Virus record (IMG/VR): IMGVR_UViG_3300010376_000084 | Coordinates: 1-36,643 of that record | From: a virus | Lineage: Duplodnaviria > Caudoviricetes | DNA: 36,643 bases | Reading direction: 5' to 3' (one strand) | Notes under the pieces: model-generated | What the model was told of the DNA's origin: nothing | The model's input: the letters and a program-made list of their open reading frames with translations, nothing else | The model's database searches: none | Position numbers and translations under genes: made by a program | Shown: one piece after another, positions 20,227 to 28,178 of the stretch | Layout of the letters: every line of letters begins with the position of its first letter | How positions within the stretch are numbered: the first letter of the stretch is position 1

Positions 20227-20851
20227 TTGGCATGGAACTTGCATGTTTTTGGTGTACGGGCACGAATCCTGCAATAAGCATGCTACATGCCAACCCAAAA
20301 CGTTAACCCATATGGGTTAGCCGGCCGGCAAATGTCATGCCAAACTAAAATGCCGCATGGATACTACGTAATTACTGGCACGTGTCATGCTAGCTAGCAG
20401 TATCTATGCCATACTAGTTTTCATTTTGCAATTGGCACGATGCTTGATTTACAATTTGGCCTAGCTTGCATACAGCTAGCCGGCTAATTGCAAGCACCAT
20501 GCCAAGAGAAAATAAGCAGTTGGCACGATTCTTGCATAGGATGATGTCTGGCACGATTCTTGCTAATATAGCAATAAGTGTACCATCAAAGTGTACACCA
20601 AGGGCGCCTCGAAAAAGTGTAGTACTATGCAAGCGTGCCAAGTGTTCCTTATGTCGCTGCATGTCGCTGCATGTCGCGCGGTGTAACCACCTGTTACCAC
20701 TGCAAGGTTCATGCCCACCTTTAAGACGCATCTGGGCGTTATCACACATCGTGCCAACGAAAATCGCCCTTGTAAGTGTGGGAAGGTGCATAAATCGTGC
20801 CACCAAGATAAATCAATGAGTATAAGGCTTATTTTCGGCATGGATAATGCA
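20227..20851. repeat. Array of sigma-54 (RpoN) -24/-12 consensus sites
   Basis: 13 GG-N10-GC sites resembling YTGGCAYR-N4-TTGCW on both strands, e.g. TTGGCACGATTCTTGCA (20520) and CTGGCACGATTCTTGCT (20548); three more with GA at -12. Confidence 0.85.
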
Positions 20852-21142
20852 GTATCACAGGTAACGGGGGGAACATTGATAGCGTTTTTTTATAGGTCAC
20901 TTTTCCTACAGCCTGTTTACTACAGGCTTTGCGCCCTCGGCAGTATGTCATATGTCAAGTAGAAAACTTCTTTTTAGACTTCTTTATAGGCTTATCTAAC
21001 GCCTCTGGGAGGTTTAATAAGTCTAATTTACTCATTCGATAGTACCTGTCTAACCTAATTCGCCTCTTAGTACGCCTCTTACCACCACGCATATCAATGT
21101 GAAAATCTTCAGGCAGACCCTTTCTAAGTTTCATACTTGTTC

Positions 21143-21439
21143 CTACAGGCTAAGGTAATGTCGCCAAAGAATTTGAGGATTAGCATATACCCGATCATTA
21201 CTAGATTCAGCGATTTCCCTGTCCTTGGAGCCGTTGAAGAACCAAACTTTGCGATATCTTTCCTTGACCCAGGGATAATTAGAATCGAGCAGAAGTTCGA
21301 CATCTACTAGCCTGAATACGGCCAATAGGCCGTCTGCTGGGAGGATGCAAGGAACAGTAGCTCGTTCCTCAATCCACCAACCTTTCTTGATTTCTAGACT
21401 GGTTCTGAAATCATTGTTAAGCTTCATAACCTGATTCAC
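21143..21439 (-). CDS. Hypothetical protein
   Basis: 98 aa, co-oriented with the DGQHR operon, purine-rich RBS. Confidence 0.55.
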   Translation of the reverse strand: MNQVMKLNNDFRTSLEIKKGWWIEERATVPCILPADGLLAVFRLVDVELLLDSNYPWVKERYRKVWFFNGSKDREIAESSNDRVYANPQILWRHYLSL

Positions 21440-21465
21440 TCCTACCTTACAAACACAAAAAGTTA

Positions 21466-21505
21466 AACTCGACTAGCTAACCTGTGCCGGCTAACTAGTC
21501 GAGTT
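21466..21505 (-). terminator. Probable intrinsic terminator downstream of the DGQHR gene
   Basis: mRNA strand: AACTCGACTAG-TTAGCC / GGTTAG-CTAGTCGAGTT stem followed by TAACTTTTTG. Confidence 0.65.
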
Positions 21506-21555
21506 ATTATTGACTATCGACTAACTATTCGACTAGCTAGTCTAACTCTCCGCCA

Positions 21556-23289
21556 TCAGTCATCCGCCATCATATCATCCTCACCACCTACTGAATCTCC
21601 ACGGAGACGCTTAGCTTCACGCAACAGCAAAGTTCCCATCCACCGCACCGTAGTGATTTTATTCTCTACTTTACCAGCACTATTCACTACTGGAGCAGGC
21701 TTGCCATCTACCGTACTATCAGTCCACAACTCATCGTCAACACTCCAGCCTTCACTTTGACTCATTGACACCATTAACCGTTCGACCGTCGCAACTATAC
21801 CTGAATAGTCCTGCTCATCTTTCTTCTTACGGTCAACCTCAGCAACTAAAGCGTCAATCATCCTACCCATACCTTTATAAAACACTGAATTATAGCAGAC
21901 ATACCGGCCAGCTACTTCACTGTACTTACTGCCAGCTATCAACTCTCTGATTCTAGGTAGGTTATAGATTACGGTACTAACCAACTGACCGACTTCTTCC
22001 AGTTCTAGCTTACGTTCACTGAAAGCATTGACTAGGCTAGTCATACCTTTCTCTGGTTGAATCATACTAGCTAGGTTAGTCAAAGTAACTGGTTTACTCT
22101 CGGTCTTCTTAGGAGTGATACCCTCTAAGTTAACCAGAGTCTCTAGGCCAGTATGACCGTCACCAAATTGTGAGGTGGTCAGTCCAGCACAGTACTTGGC
22201 TAACACTGTAGCTTTATCAACATGGTCATACAGTGTCGCTATCGCTTTGCTTACTTTCCTAGGCGTCTTGTTGATATCCGAAAACAGTTGCTGTCTAGTC
22301 TCTAAATCGTCTGGCGATATCGCTACGATAACTACCGGCATACTCTCAGCTCGCAGGCTAGCCTCTTTGTTATCGTGTTCAACAATCTGTCGTTCTACTA
22401 ACCGGATATCACGGTTACGGTCTTCTTCAGTCTCACCATCAGCTTTAAAAATTGGCGTAGACTGTAGTCGATTCATTTCAGCGTTAAGAGCGATACGCTG
22501 AACATTAAGCATTTCCTCCAGTGCTCGTTTAATTCCTGCCAGTCTATGCTGTCCATCAATCGCCAGTATTGAGCTAGCACTAAGCTCAACCTGGTGGCTA
22601 CCATTAGCACTTGCCTTAGCTTTCTCTACTAGGCTGTCGTGCAGTTCGACTCTACTCGGCACACAGATTAATGGTGGGAAGTAGTGTAGTGGACTATCTA
22701 CCAGGTATCGAGCGATATCTCGCACCCTATCACTGTCTAGCTGCCGTTGGAAACGCTCAAGGAATGATTTCTCTTTAAGCTGCTTTTCGGACAGTGGCTT
22801 ACCGTCTTCAGTGGAATATAAGCTTCTCTCAAAGCCGGCATAGCCAATCAGGTCAACCAAATTCATATTGACCACAAAGCTATCAGTCTGTCCCATGTGA
22901 GAGTGAACCATAGTAAACTGCCTAGGTTCAACCAGCTTACTACCAGTCGAACCATTACCAGCACTCTTAGTACCGTCCGCTTTACTAACCGGCTTACTCT
23001 CGTCAGCCTTGGCTTGTTCAGCCTGCTTCATAGCCTCTATCACTTGAGCGGATGACTGAGCATTCTTTAGACGGTCCATCATCGCACTAGCCCGCGTTTC
23101 GGTAGTTTCCGGCATATTAGTCTCCTGTTTTCCTGTTGTCTCTGCTATACCATTACCTATCACTGGCAATGTTGCACTCTGCTGTTTATCAGCTAGCAGC
23201 TTAGCCTCTTTAGCCTCCAAGGCTGCTTTAGCATCGATTTTAGCCTGTATGATTTCCTTCACTGAAGGATAAATCCTAGTATCTGGCAT
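21556..23289 (-). CDS. DGQHR-domain / DndB-like protein (ParB/Srx superfamily)
   Basis: FQRQLD..RV..IARYL, FPPL, IDGQHR, RQQLFSDIN and LYDH motifs; alternative start at 23115 with AGGAG RBS. Confidence 0.85.
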   Translation of the reverse strand: MPDTRIYPSVKEIIQAKIDAKAALEAKEAKLLADKQQSATLPVIGNGIAETTGKQETNMPETTETRASAMMDRLKNAQSSAQVIEAMKQAEQAKADESKPVSKADGTKSAGNGSTGSKLVEPRQFTMVHSHMGQTDSFVVNMNLVDLIGYAGFERSLYSTEDGKPLSEKQLKEKSFLERFQRQLDSDRVRDIARYLVDSPLHYFPPLICVPSRVELHDSLVEKAKASANGSHQVELSASSILAIDGQHRLAGIKRALEEMLNVQRIALNAEMNRLQSTPIFKADGETEEDRNRDIRLVERQIVEHDNKEASLRAESMPVVIVAISPDDLETRQQLFSDINKTPRKVSKAIATLYDHVDKATVLAKYCAGLTTSQFGDGHTGLETLVNLEGITPKKTESKPVTLTNLASMIQPEKGMTSLVNAFSERKLELEEVGQLVSTVIYNLPRIRELIAGSKYSEVAGRYVCYNSVFYKGMGRMIDALVAEVDRKKKDEQDYSGIVATVERLMVSMSQSEGWSVDDELWTDSTVDGKPAPVVNSAGKVENKITTVRWMGTLLLREAKRLRGDSVGGEDDMMADD

Positions 23290-23333
23290 GATGGCTTATA
23301 ATTCCTAATTCCTAATTCCTGTATTGGGAGTAT

Positions 23334-23362
23334 GGTTAGCACCTTGTAACAGGATGCTAACC
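23334..23362 (-). promoter_or_regulatory. Hairpin upstream of the DGQHR gene
   Basis: GGTTAGCA...TGCTAACC inverted repeat. Confidence 0.4.
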
Positions 23363-23370
23363 TAAATCTC

Positions 23371-23649
23371 CTATTCGCAAGGGTGACGGTCGTCTGAAGG
23401 ATGACGTTCACGACACACACTACACACTGGATAGCCGGTCAGGCCGTAATCGTCAATTGCTTCTCGGGTAGCCTCTAACCGTGTTCTCCGGTCATAGTTC
23501 ATGTGCAAACGGCAGCTTATACAGAGAAAGACATAGCCATCACTGCTATCAACTACCGCATCACAGCCGCAATCGAATTCGTACACTACTGAATTCTTCT
23601 GTTGGCTACGCTCTTTAACTGTTAGATGTATCTCACTACTCATTGTCAT
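23371..23649 (-). CDS. Cys/His-rich hypothetical protein
   Basis: 92 aa; CGC, CxxC and CSVCRERH..DDRHPCE; AGGAG RBS. Confidence 0.65.
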   Translation of the reverse strand: MTMSSEIHLTVKERSQQKNSVVYEFDCGCDAVVDSSDGYVFLCISCRLHMNYDRRTRLEATREAIDDYGLTGYPVCSVCRERHPSDDRHPCE

Positions 23650-23655
23650 AATCTC

Positions 23656-23943
23656 CTAATTCCTATTAGGCCGTGAATAATCGAAACACAGGTACTGGAT
23701 TAACCTGATTATGTCGCATGGCTGAATGGTCCGTTTAGTGTCATTTTCAAATATGCCAATAGATGGACCGTGTAGATGTTGGCCATGACATTCAGGAAAA
23801 TCGTCCTCAAACACTACAATAAAGGTGTTGTCAAGTTTATACCAGTTACCGCTAACCTGACTCCAACGTTCAGGACGTTCACTGGTAGCGGACGCACCAA
23901 ATGTTTTAGTAATAAGTACTCCTAAAACTTCTCTAGTAGTCAT
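23656..23943 (-). CDS. Hypothetical protein
   Basis: 95 aa in the leftward operon. Confidence 0.5.
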   Translation of the reverse strand: MTTREVLGVLITKTFGASATSERPERWSQVSGNWYKLDNTFIVVFEDDFPECHGQHLHGPSIGIFENDTKRTIQPCDIIRLIQYLCFDYSRPNRN

Positions 23944-23964
23944 GAATTATCACAGTAATCCCTA

Positions 23965-23981
23965 TTGGCACGATTCTTGCA
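23965..23981 (+). promoter_or_regulatory. Sigma-54 consensus site
   Basis: TTGGCACGATTCTTGCA; 20 bp identical to 20520-20539. Confidence 0.7.
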
Positions 23982-24334
23982 TAGACTACACAAGTTCGCG
24001 CGCTGTTACAGAGTTAATCTATAAGGTTCTACCAATCCTATTTGTATCCTCCAGTGGATTCATCCGTGTTCGCATGTTCAACGTTAGGCCATGCAGAGCC
24101 TAGTTAGCTGTTACCGATAGCGTATCCTACCGGCTGATTGTCCATTACTATGTATACGGCTTTGTTGCGGTAATGCGCTAGTGCTTCTACTATGCGGCTT
24201 TCCATAAGGTATGGTCAGTAAGTATCCACACCGTACTCTTGACGCATTTCAGGCACGTCCAACAAAGCTAGGATAAGGTTAATCGATAGGCGCGGTATCT
24301 CCTGTTTCGTTGTTTGCAATCAGACACTATGTAT

Positions 24335-24351
24335 TGCATACCGCGTACCAT
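24335..24351 (-). promoter_or_regulatory. Sigma-54-like site facing the leftward operon
   Basis: ATGGTACGCGGTATGCA (GG-N10-GC); similar ATGGTACGGAATATGCA at 24565-24581 (-). Confidence 0.5.
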
Positions 24352-24691
24352 AGCCTATTGGGCGTTAGGTTGAGCTATTGGACGCTATAACTCCAGCCTG
24401 GTCGCGCATTATGCGAAATGTGTCTTATAAGTTGCGAATACATCTGATAGACTAGCCTAGCATCTATAAAATGCGAATGCGTCTATTAGCTCACCATAGC
24501 ACTATATAGCGAATTATTCGCAATCAAAGAACGTGCCAGTTCTCATTATGAGAATGGACGGCAATGCATATTCCGTACCATTGCAATTTGCAATCCTACC
24601 AAACGCTTGCTTGCTAACCGCTACCGTCATTCGGTCAGTGGCTAAACGTCTATTAGCGTCTTATAGATCATTTCACCGTTTGCTCACCGTC

Positions 24692-24785
24692 TGTTCGCTT
24701 TTCATTCGCTTTTGGTCGGTTTTGATTTGAAAAAGGTGCCAGTGTTCGCTTTAGTTTCGCTTTTGGTCAGAGTTGGTTTGAAAAA
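24692..24785. repeat. Imperfect 43-bp direct repeat (2 copies)
   Basis: TGTTCGCTTT..TTCGCTTTTGGTC..TTG.TTTGAAAAA at 24692-24734 and 24743-24785. Confidence 0.75.
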
Positions 24786-24833
24786 ACGTTTCGACTATGT
24801 AAAATTTACATGGTTGATTGTAAAGATTACCTA

Positions 24834-24863
24834 TTGACAACATTTTTACAATTATGTTAAAAT
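24834..24863 (+). promoter_or_regulatory. Sigma-70-type promoter for the rightward replication operon
   Basis: TTGACA (24834), 18-bp spacer ending TGn, then TAAAAT (24858). Confidence 0.6.
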
Positions 24864-24988
24864 GCTCACGGCATTGTTTACTTGACATATGACAGGGCGC
24901 AGCTTTCGCAAAATGCGAAAACAAAAACAGATTTCAAATGTATGATTTAGGAGATTCATTTTAGTCTAAAACTGGGAGATATTGAAAT

Positions 24989-25453
24989 ATGAAAACAATC
25001 ATCGAAAAGAAATCTGACCAGCTAGTGTGTGACTTCTGTGTCAATTACAAACGTAAGCCTGTTTGGTGGTATGCGGCTAAAGACGATGTGATGGAGTATA
25101 CCCCACCAGCTAAACCTGGTACGAGTAATGTGGTATTACAATCACATCCTAACTCGCCATCAACTATACTGGTTAAGACTACTGGTTCATTGAAATTAGA
25201 ATCAACTGGTGGCAAATGGGCAGCTTGTGATAGATGTAAAATCTGTATTGATGCTAAGAAGCTGCATTTACTAGCCTATATTTCAACTAAACAGTTTATT
25301 ATAAATCATAATGTACAAATATTTAATGAAAGAGATATAGAAATGATTAAACAACGGATATTTAATGTTCAACAGGCATTTTGGAGGAATTACGACGGTC
25401 AACCGGCTCAGAGGATTGAGGAGAAAGACTTTAGTGGAGGAAGTTCTGATTGA
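24989..25453 (+). CDS. Zinc-binding hypothetical protein
   Basis: CDFC and WAACDRC motifs; GGGAG RBS. Confidence 0.7.
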   Translation: MKTIIEKKSDQLVCDFCVNYKRKPVWWYAAKDDVMEYTPPAKPGTSNVVLQSHPNSPSTILVKTTGSLKLESTGGKWAACDRCKICIDAKKLHLLAYISTKQFIINHNVQIFNERDIEMIKQRIFNVQQAFWRNYDGQPAQRIEEKDFSGGSSD

Positions 25454-25598
25454 CTTGCGGTCTCGTGTAGAGTTTATCAGAGAGCAGGTACTAGAAATTA
25501 TGAATTGTAGGAGGTTCACTAACGAATGCAGTGAGTGTGCGGGTCATTTAGCTATTGTTTATATTCAGTTATGCCAGGTATATAAGGAGATTACATGA
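25434..25598 (+). CDS. Hypothetical protein
   Basis: Start revised to GTG 25434 after GAGGAG; ends overlapping the next ATG. Confidence 0.45.
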   Translation: MEEVLIDLRSRVEFIREQVLEIMNCRRFTNECSECAGHLAIVYIQLCQVYKEIT

Positions 25599-25774
25599 AA
25601 AGAATGTCATTTGAACAGTGGAAAGAAATTGTTAATTATCAGATTAGGATTCTAACCAAACAATTATTTGATTCAACTACTTTACCAGATATTGATTATT
25701 TTTCTCTTTATAGCCAACAGACTACGCCGAAACAGGCAGCTAAGCTGGCTATTCGTAACGCATTGGAGTCATAG
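25595..25774 (+). CDS. Small phage protein (59 aa)
   Basis: Own translation MKRMSFEQWKEIVN...LPDIDY...TPKQAA; AAGGAG RBS. Confidence 0.7.
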   Translation: MKRMSFEQWKEIVNYQIRILTKQLFDSTTLPDIDYFSLYSQQTTPKQAAKLAIRNALES

Positions 25775-25776
25775 TC

Positions 25777-26073
25777 ATGCTTGAACAGGATGCTTTGAGA
25801 TATTATTTCAAGCAAACCAAAGTGATTGAACGCAAGCCAGTTAAAGTGGCTGCTGGACACTTCGTCTTGATATTCAGGCATAATGGAGACATCCTGTTTC
25901 ATGCTCAATCTGTGATTACGCTATGCCATATAGCTCAACCGGATGTGTTTGATAAGTTAACTTCATCCTCTATGCGGATGGCTTTTCCACGACATCAAAG
26001 GCTTATGTCGGATGGTTGTAACATGTCATTTAGGGCTTTGAAAGAAGATGAATTTTGGGAGATAGTAAAATGA
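25777..26073 (+). CDS. Hypothetical protein
   Basis: 98 aa, tightly packed in operon. Confidence 0.55.
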   Translation: MLEQDALRYYFKQTKVIERKPVKVAAGHFVLIFRHNGDILFHAQSVITLCHIAQPDVFDKLTSSSMRMAFPRHQRLMSDGCNMSFRALKEDEFWEIVK

Positions 26074-26354
26074 ATTGGAAGAAGGGCTTAGTGATAGCTT
26101 CAGTAGGTTGGTATTTGATGATGCCTTTTGATAAATCAAATGGATATTATCTTAATCTTCGTATGCCTATCAGCCAATGGCAGCAATGGGGAATATTTGA
26201 CCATGCTGTAGAATGTGATATGGAGGCTACAGAAATGAGAAAAACCGAAGTTAAAATATATGAAGATAAACCTACTAATAATAATAGAAGAATAATGGAT
26301 GTTGTAGAAGAAGGTTTATGTATAGCTTCTGATGACCCACGGTTAGCCAAGTGA
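26055..26354 (+). CDS. Small exported/membrane-anchored protein (GWYLM...CIASDDPRL family)
   Basis: Hydrophobic N-terminus, two Cys, terminal DDPRL; likely start ATG 26070. Confidence 0.7.
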   Translation: MGDSKMNWKKGLVIASVGWYLMMPFDKSNGYYLNLRMPISQWQQWGIFDHAVECDMEATEMRKTEVKIYEDKPTNNNRRIMDVVEEGLCIASDDPRLAK

Positions 26355-26722
26355 AACCTGAAACAATATTTAGTCATAATTTAGTTAACGAGTTTCGATT
26401 ACAGTTAGATGAGGATTCTCAACTATGTCGAATGGAATCTAATTATACCCAACAGGGTATTCCTGATATATATATCTGTTACCAGGGTGTATCGTGTTGG
26501 GTCGAGACCAAAGTAGATGATTATCCATTGAGTTCACTGCAAATATCATGGCATCGGCAGCACCGTCGTGCTGGTGGCATGGTGTTTACGGTGACTCAGG
26601 AAATAATTAAAGGAGGGAATAAGTATAGCTTAGAATATGATGGTATGGTATGGTTTTTTGATAGTCTAGTTGGTGTGGTAGGAACCGTTATCTACATGAT
26701 AGAGGAGACGAAACATGCCTAG
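26351..26722 (+). CDS. VRR-NUC / PD-(D/E)XK nuclease (resolvase-like)
   Basis: GIPDI...WVETK...LS.LQI.WH....AGG motif. Confidence 0.85.
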   Translation: MKPETIFSHNLVNEFRLQLDEDSQLCRMESNYTQQGIPDIYICYQGVSCWVETKVDDYPLSSLQISWHRQHRRAGGMVFTVTQEIIKGGNKYSLEYDGMVWFFDSLVGVVGTVIYMIEETKHA

Positions 26723-26957
26723 GTTTAGAAATCTATTTGATTATTCAACTAGCGAAGAAACCCACCGTCCTAACGAGACGTTGATTGATATTCCAGTTAC
26801 TGATTCGGTTAAGGTAATTACCTTGCACTTTGAGTATAGTGGAACGGTACAAATTCGTAAGCTCGAGACGAATAATGGTAACGCTTCTGATTGGGAAGTA
26901 ATTACCAGTTTCGATAACGTCAAGAAAATGAAGAATAGTTTGCCTTATGCCAGGTGA
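26715..26957 (+). CDS. Hypothetical protein
   Basis: 80 aa, GAGGAG RBS. Confidence 0.6.
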   Translation: MPRFRNLFDYSTSEETHRPNETLIDIPVTDSVKVITLHFEYSGTVQIRKLETNNGNASDWEVITSFDNVKKMKNSLPYAR

Positions 26958-27531
26958 ACATTCCGATACTTTAGACTTAGGAATTATTGATAGAAAAAGT
27001 AGAACAATGCCACCTTATATTAAAGAATTAGAGCAGTTAGCACAGCAGCATCGTGAAGCCTTGGCTAAAATTAAACAGTTAGAGACTGAATTAGCCGAGA
27101 TTAAGTCTAAACGTTATGAACTAGAACGTATTACGATACCTGATGCCATGTTGGAATTAGGCTTCAGTTCAGTAGAGTTGTCGAGTGGAGGTTCAATAAA
27201 AGTATCGAATAAATATGAGGCTCGCTTGGCTAAAATGCCGGATGGCAAAACTATTGACGCCAAACGGACAGAGTTATTCTATGAATGGCTGCAAACACAT
27301 GGATTTGCTGGGCTGGTCCAGTCCATGTTTGCCGTCTGGACTCGTGACCCAGCGGTAGTAATGTTCCTCAAACAGGCTTGTGAGGTAAATGGAATTGGTT
27401 ACGAATATACCCACAAGGACATTCACTGGAAGACTCTAGAGTCGTGGTTCAAAGAGCAGTCTGAGGCTAATACACCGTTACCTTTGGAACTGTTCCAGAA
27501 CTGGATTGGCCGTGTAGCCGCAGTTAAGTAG
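26947..27531 (+). CDS. Conserved phage replication-module protein
   Basis: Coiled coil, then IPDAM.ELG..S.EL..G, WL..HG..GL and IH.KTL..W.KE motifs of the gene often found before the SSB. Confidence 0.65.
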   Translation: MPGEHSDTLDLGIIDRKSRTMPPYIKELEQLAQQHREALAKIKQLETELAEIKSKRYELERITIPDAMLELGFSSVELSSGGSIKVSNKYEARLAKMPDGKTIDAKRTELFYEWLQTHGFAGLVQSMFAVWTRDPAVVMFLKQACEVNGIGYEYTHKDIHWKTLESWFKEQSEANTPLPLELFQNWIGRVAAVK

Positions 27532-27540
27532 GAGATTGAA

Positions 27541-27705
27541 ATGACTAGAGATGACTTAATTTTAGGTGTTGAAACTTATCGAGATATGTGGATAAAGCAA
27601 CTCATAGAAAATAATGAGTTAGGATTTGATGACCCATATGTCGATAATATTAATAGTACACTGAATAACCTTGTTAAATTTATTGAGGAGCATTATGATG
27701 ACTAG
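27541..27705 (+). CDS. Hypothetical protein (54 aa)
   Basis: Own translation MTRDDLILGVETYRDMW...; AGGAG RBS. Confidence 0.6.
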   Translation: MTRDDLILGVETYRDMWIKQLIENNELGFDDPYVDNINSTLNNLVKFIEEHYDD

Positions 27706-28102
27706 AGATGAAGCATTGACAGATTGGTATGATTGTCAGCGTCAGATTGAACAGTTGATGGAGAAGGCAATTAATTTAAAGAAGATTATATTCAGTGAAG
27801 TAGGAGTACCTCAGCGAGCCATACCTAAATCGGACCGTATGCAGGGTAATGTTAGGTCTAATTCTGCCGGTAAAGGTAAGACTCAACAAATTGTGGTTAG
27901 AGTAATGTCTGAACACGGTGGTAAGATGCGAGTTAAAGAGATAGCCACACTAGCTGAGATTACTACCAATTGTGTTTATTCAGCCGTGAGTAAGTTAGTT
28001 GAATTAGGAGTAGTCCATAAAGAAAAAGATAAAGAAAATATAGGTCAAACAATATATTCATTAGCTGTTTATCGTGATAGAAGTGAATTAAATCACCTTT
28101 AA
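27695..28102 (+). CDS. Winged helix-turn-helix DNA-binding protein
   Basis: MRVKEIATLAEITTNCVYSAVSKLVELGVV wHTH; start revised to ATG 27695 (GAGGAG RBS). Confidence 0.7.
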   Translation: MMTRDEALTDWYDCQRQIEQLMEKAINLKKIIFSEVGVPQRAIPKSDRMQGNVRSNSAGKGKTQQIVVRVMSEHGGKMRVKEIATLAEITTNCVYSAVSKLVELGVVHKEKDKENIGQTIYSLAVYRDRSELNHL

Positions 28103-28107
28103 CCCCT

Positions 28108-28147
28108 AACTGATTCTAGGCAATCTGCGGGCTGCTTAGTATCAGTT
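28108..28147 (+). promoter_or_regulatory. Stem-loop upstream of the probable SSB gene
   Basis: AACTGAT-T-CTAGGCA / TGCTTAG-T-ATCAGTT. Confidence 0.4.
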
Positions 28148-28178
28148 TGCTTGGCAGCCTTCAGACTAGGAGAGGAAC

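Noticed and set aside
20227-20851. CRISPR array interpretation of the repeats
   Set aside because: Repeats are 17 bp, degenerate, in both orientations and irregularly spaced; no cas genes.
20414-20962. Four overlapping ORFs (20414..20806, 20466..20819, 20563..20841, 20711..20962)
   Set aside because: Mutually overlapping, no clear RBS, and composition dictated by the TGGCAC/TTGCA motifs; the region reads as non-coding.
23990-24320. Tiny minus-strand ORFs (e.g. 24104..24205 MESRIVEALAHY...)
   Set aside because: Plausible but short, with weak RBS and no motif; not supportable.
24533-24730. 65-aa ORF on +
   Set aside because: Lies in the repeat/palindrome field with no RBS.
27541-27711. Adjacent ORFs both starting ATGACTAGAGATGA
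   Set aside because: Only 14 bp shared with no further similarity.
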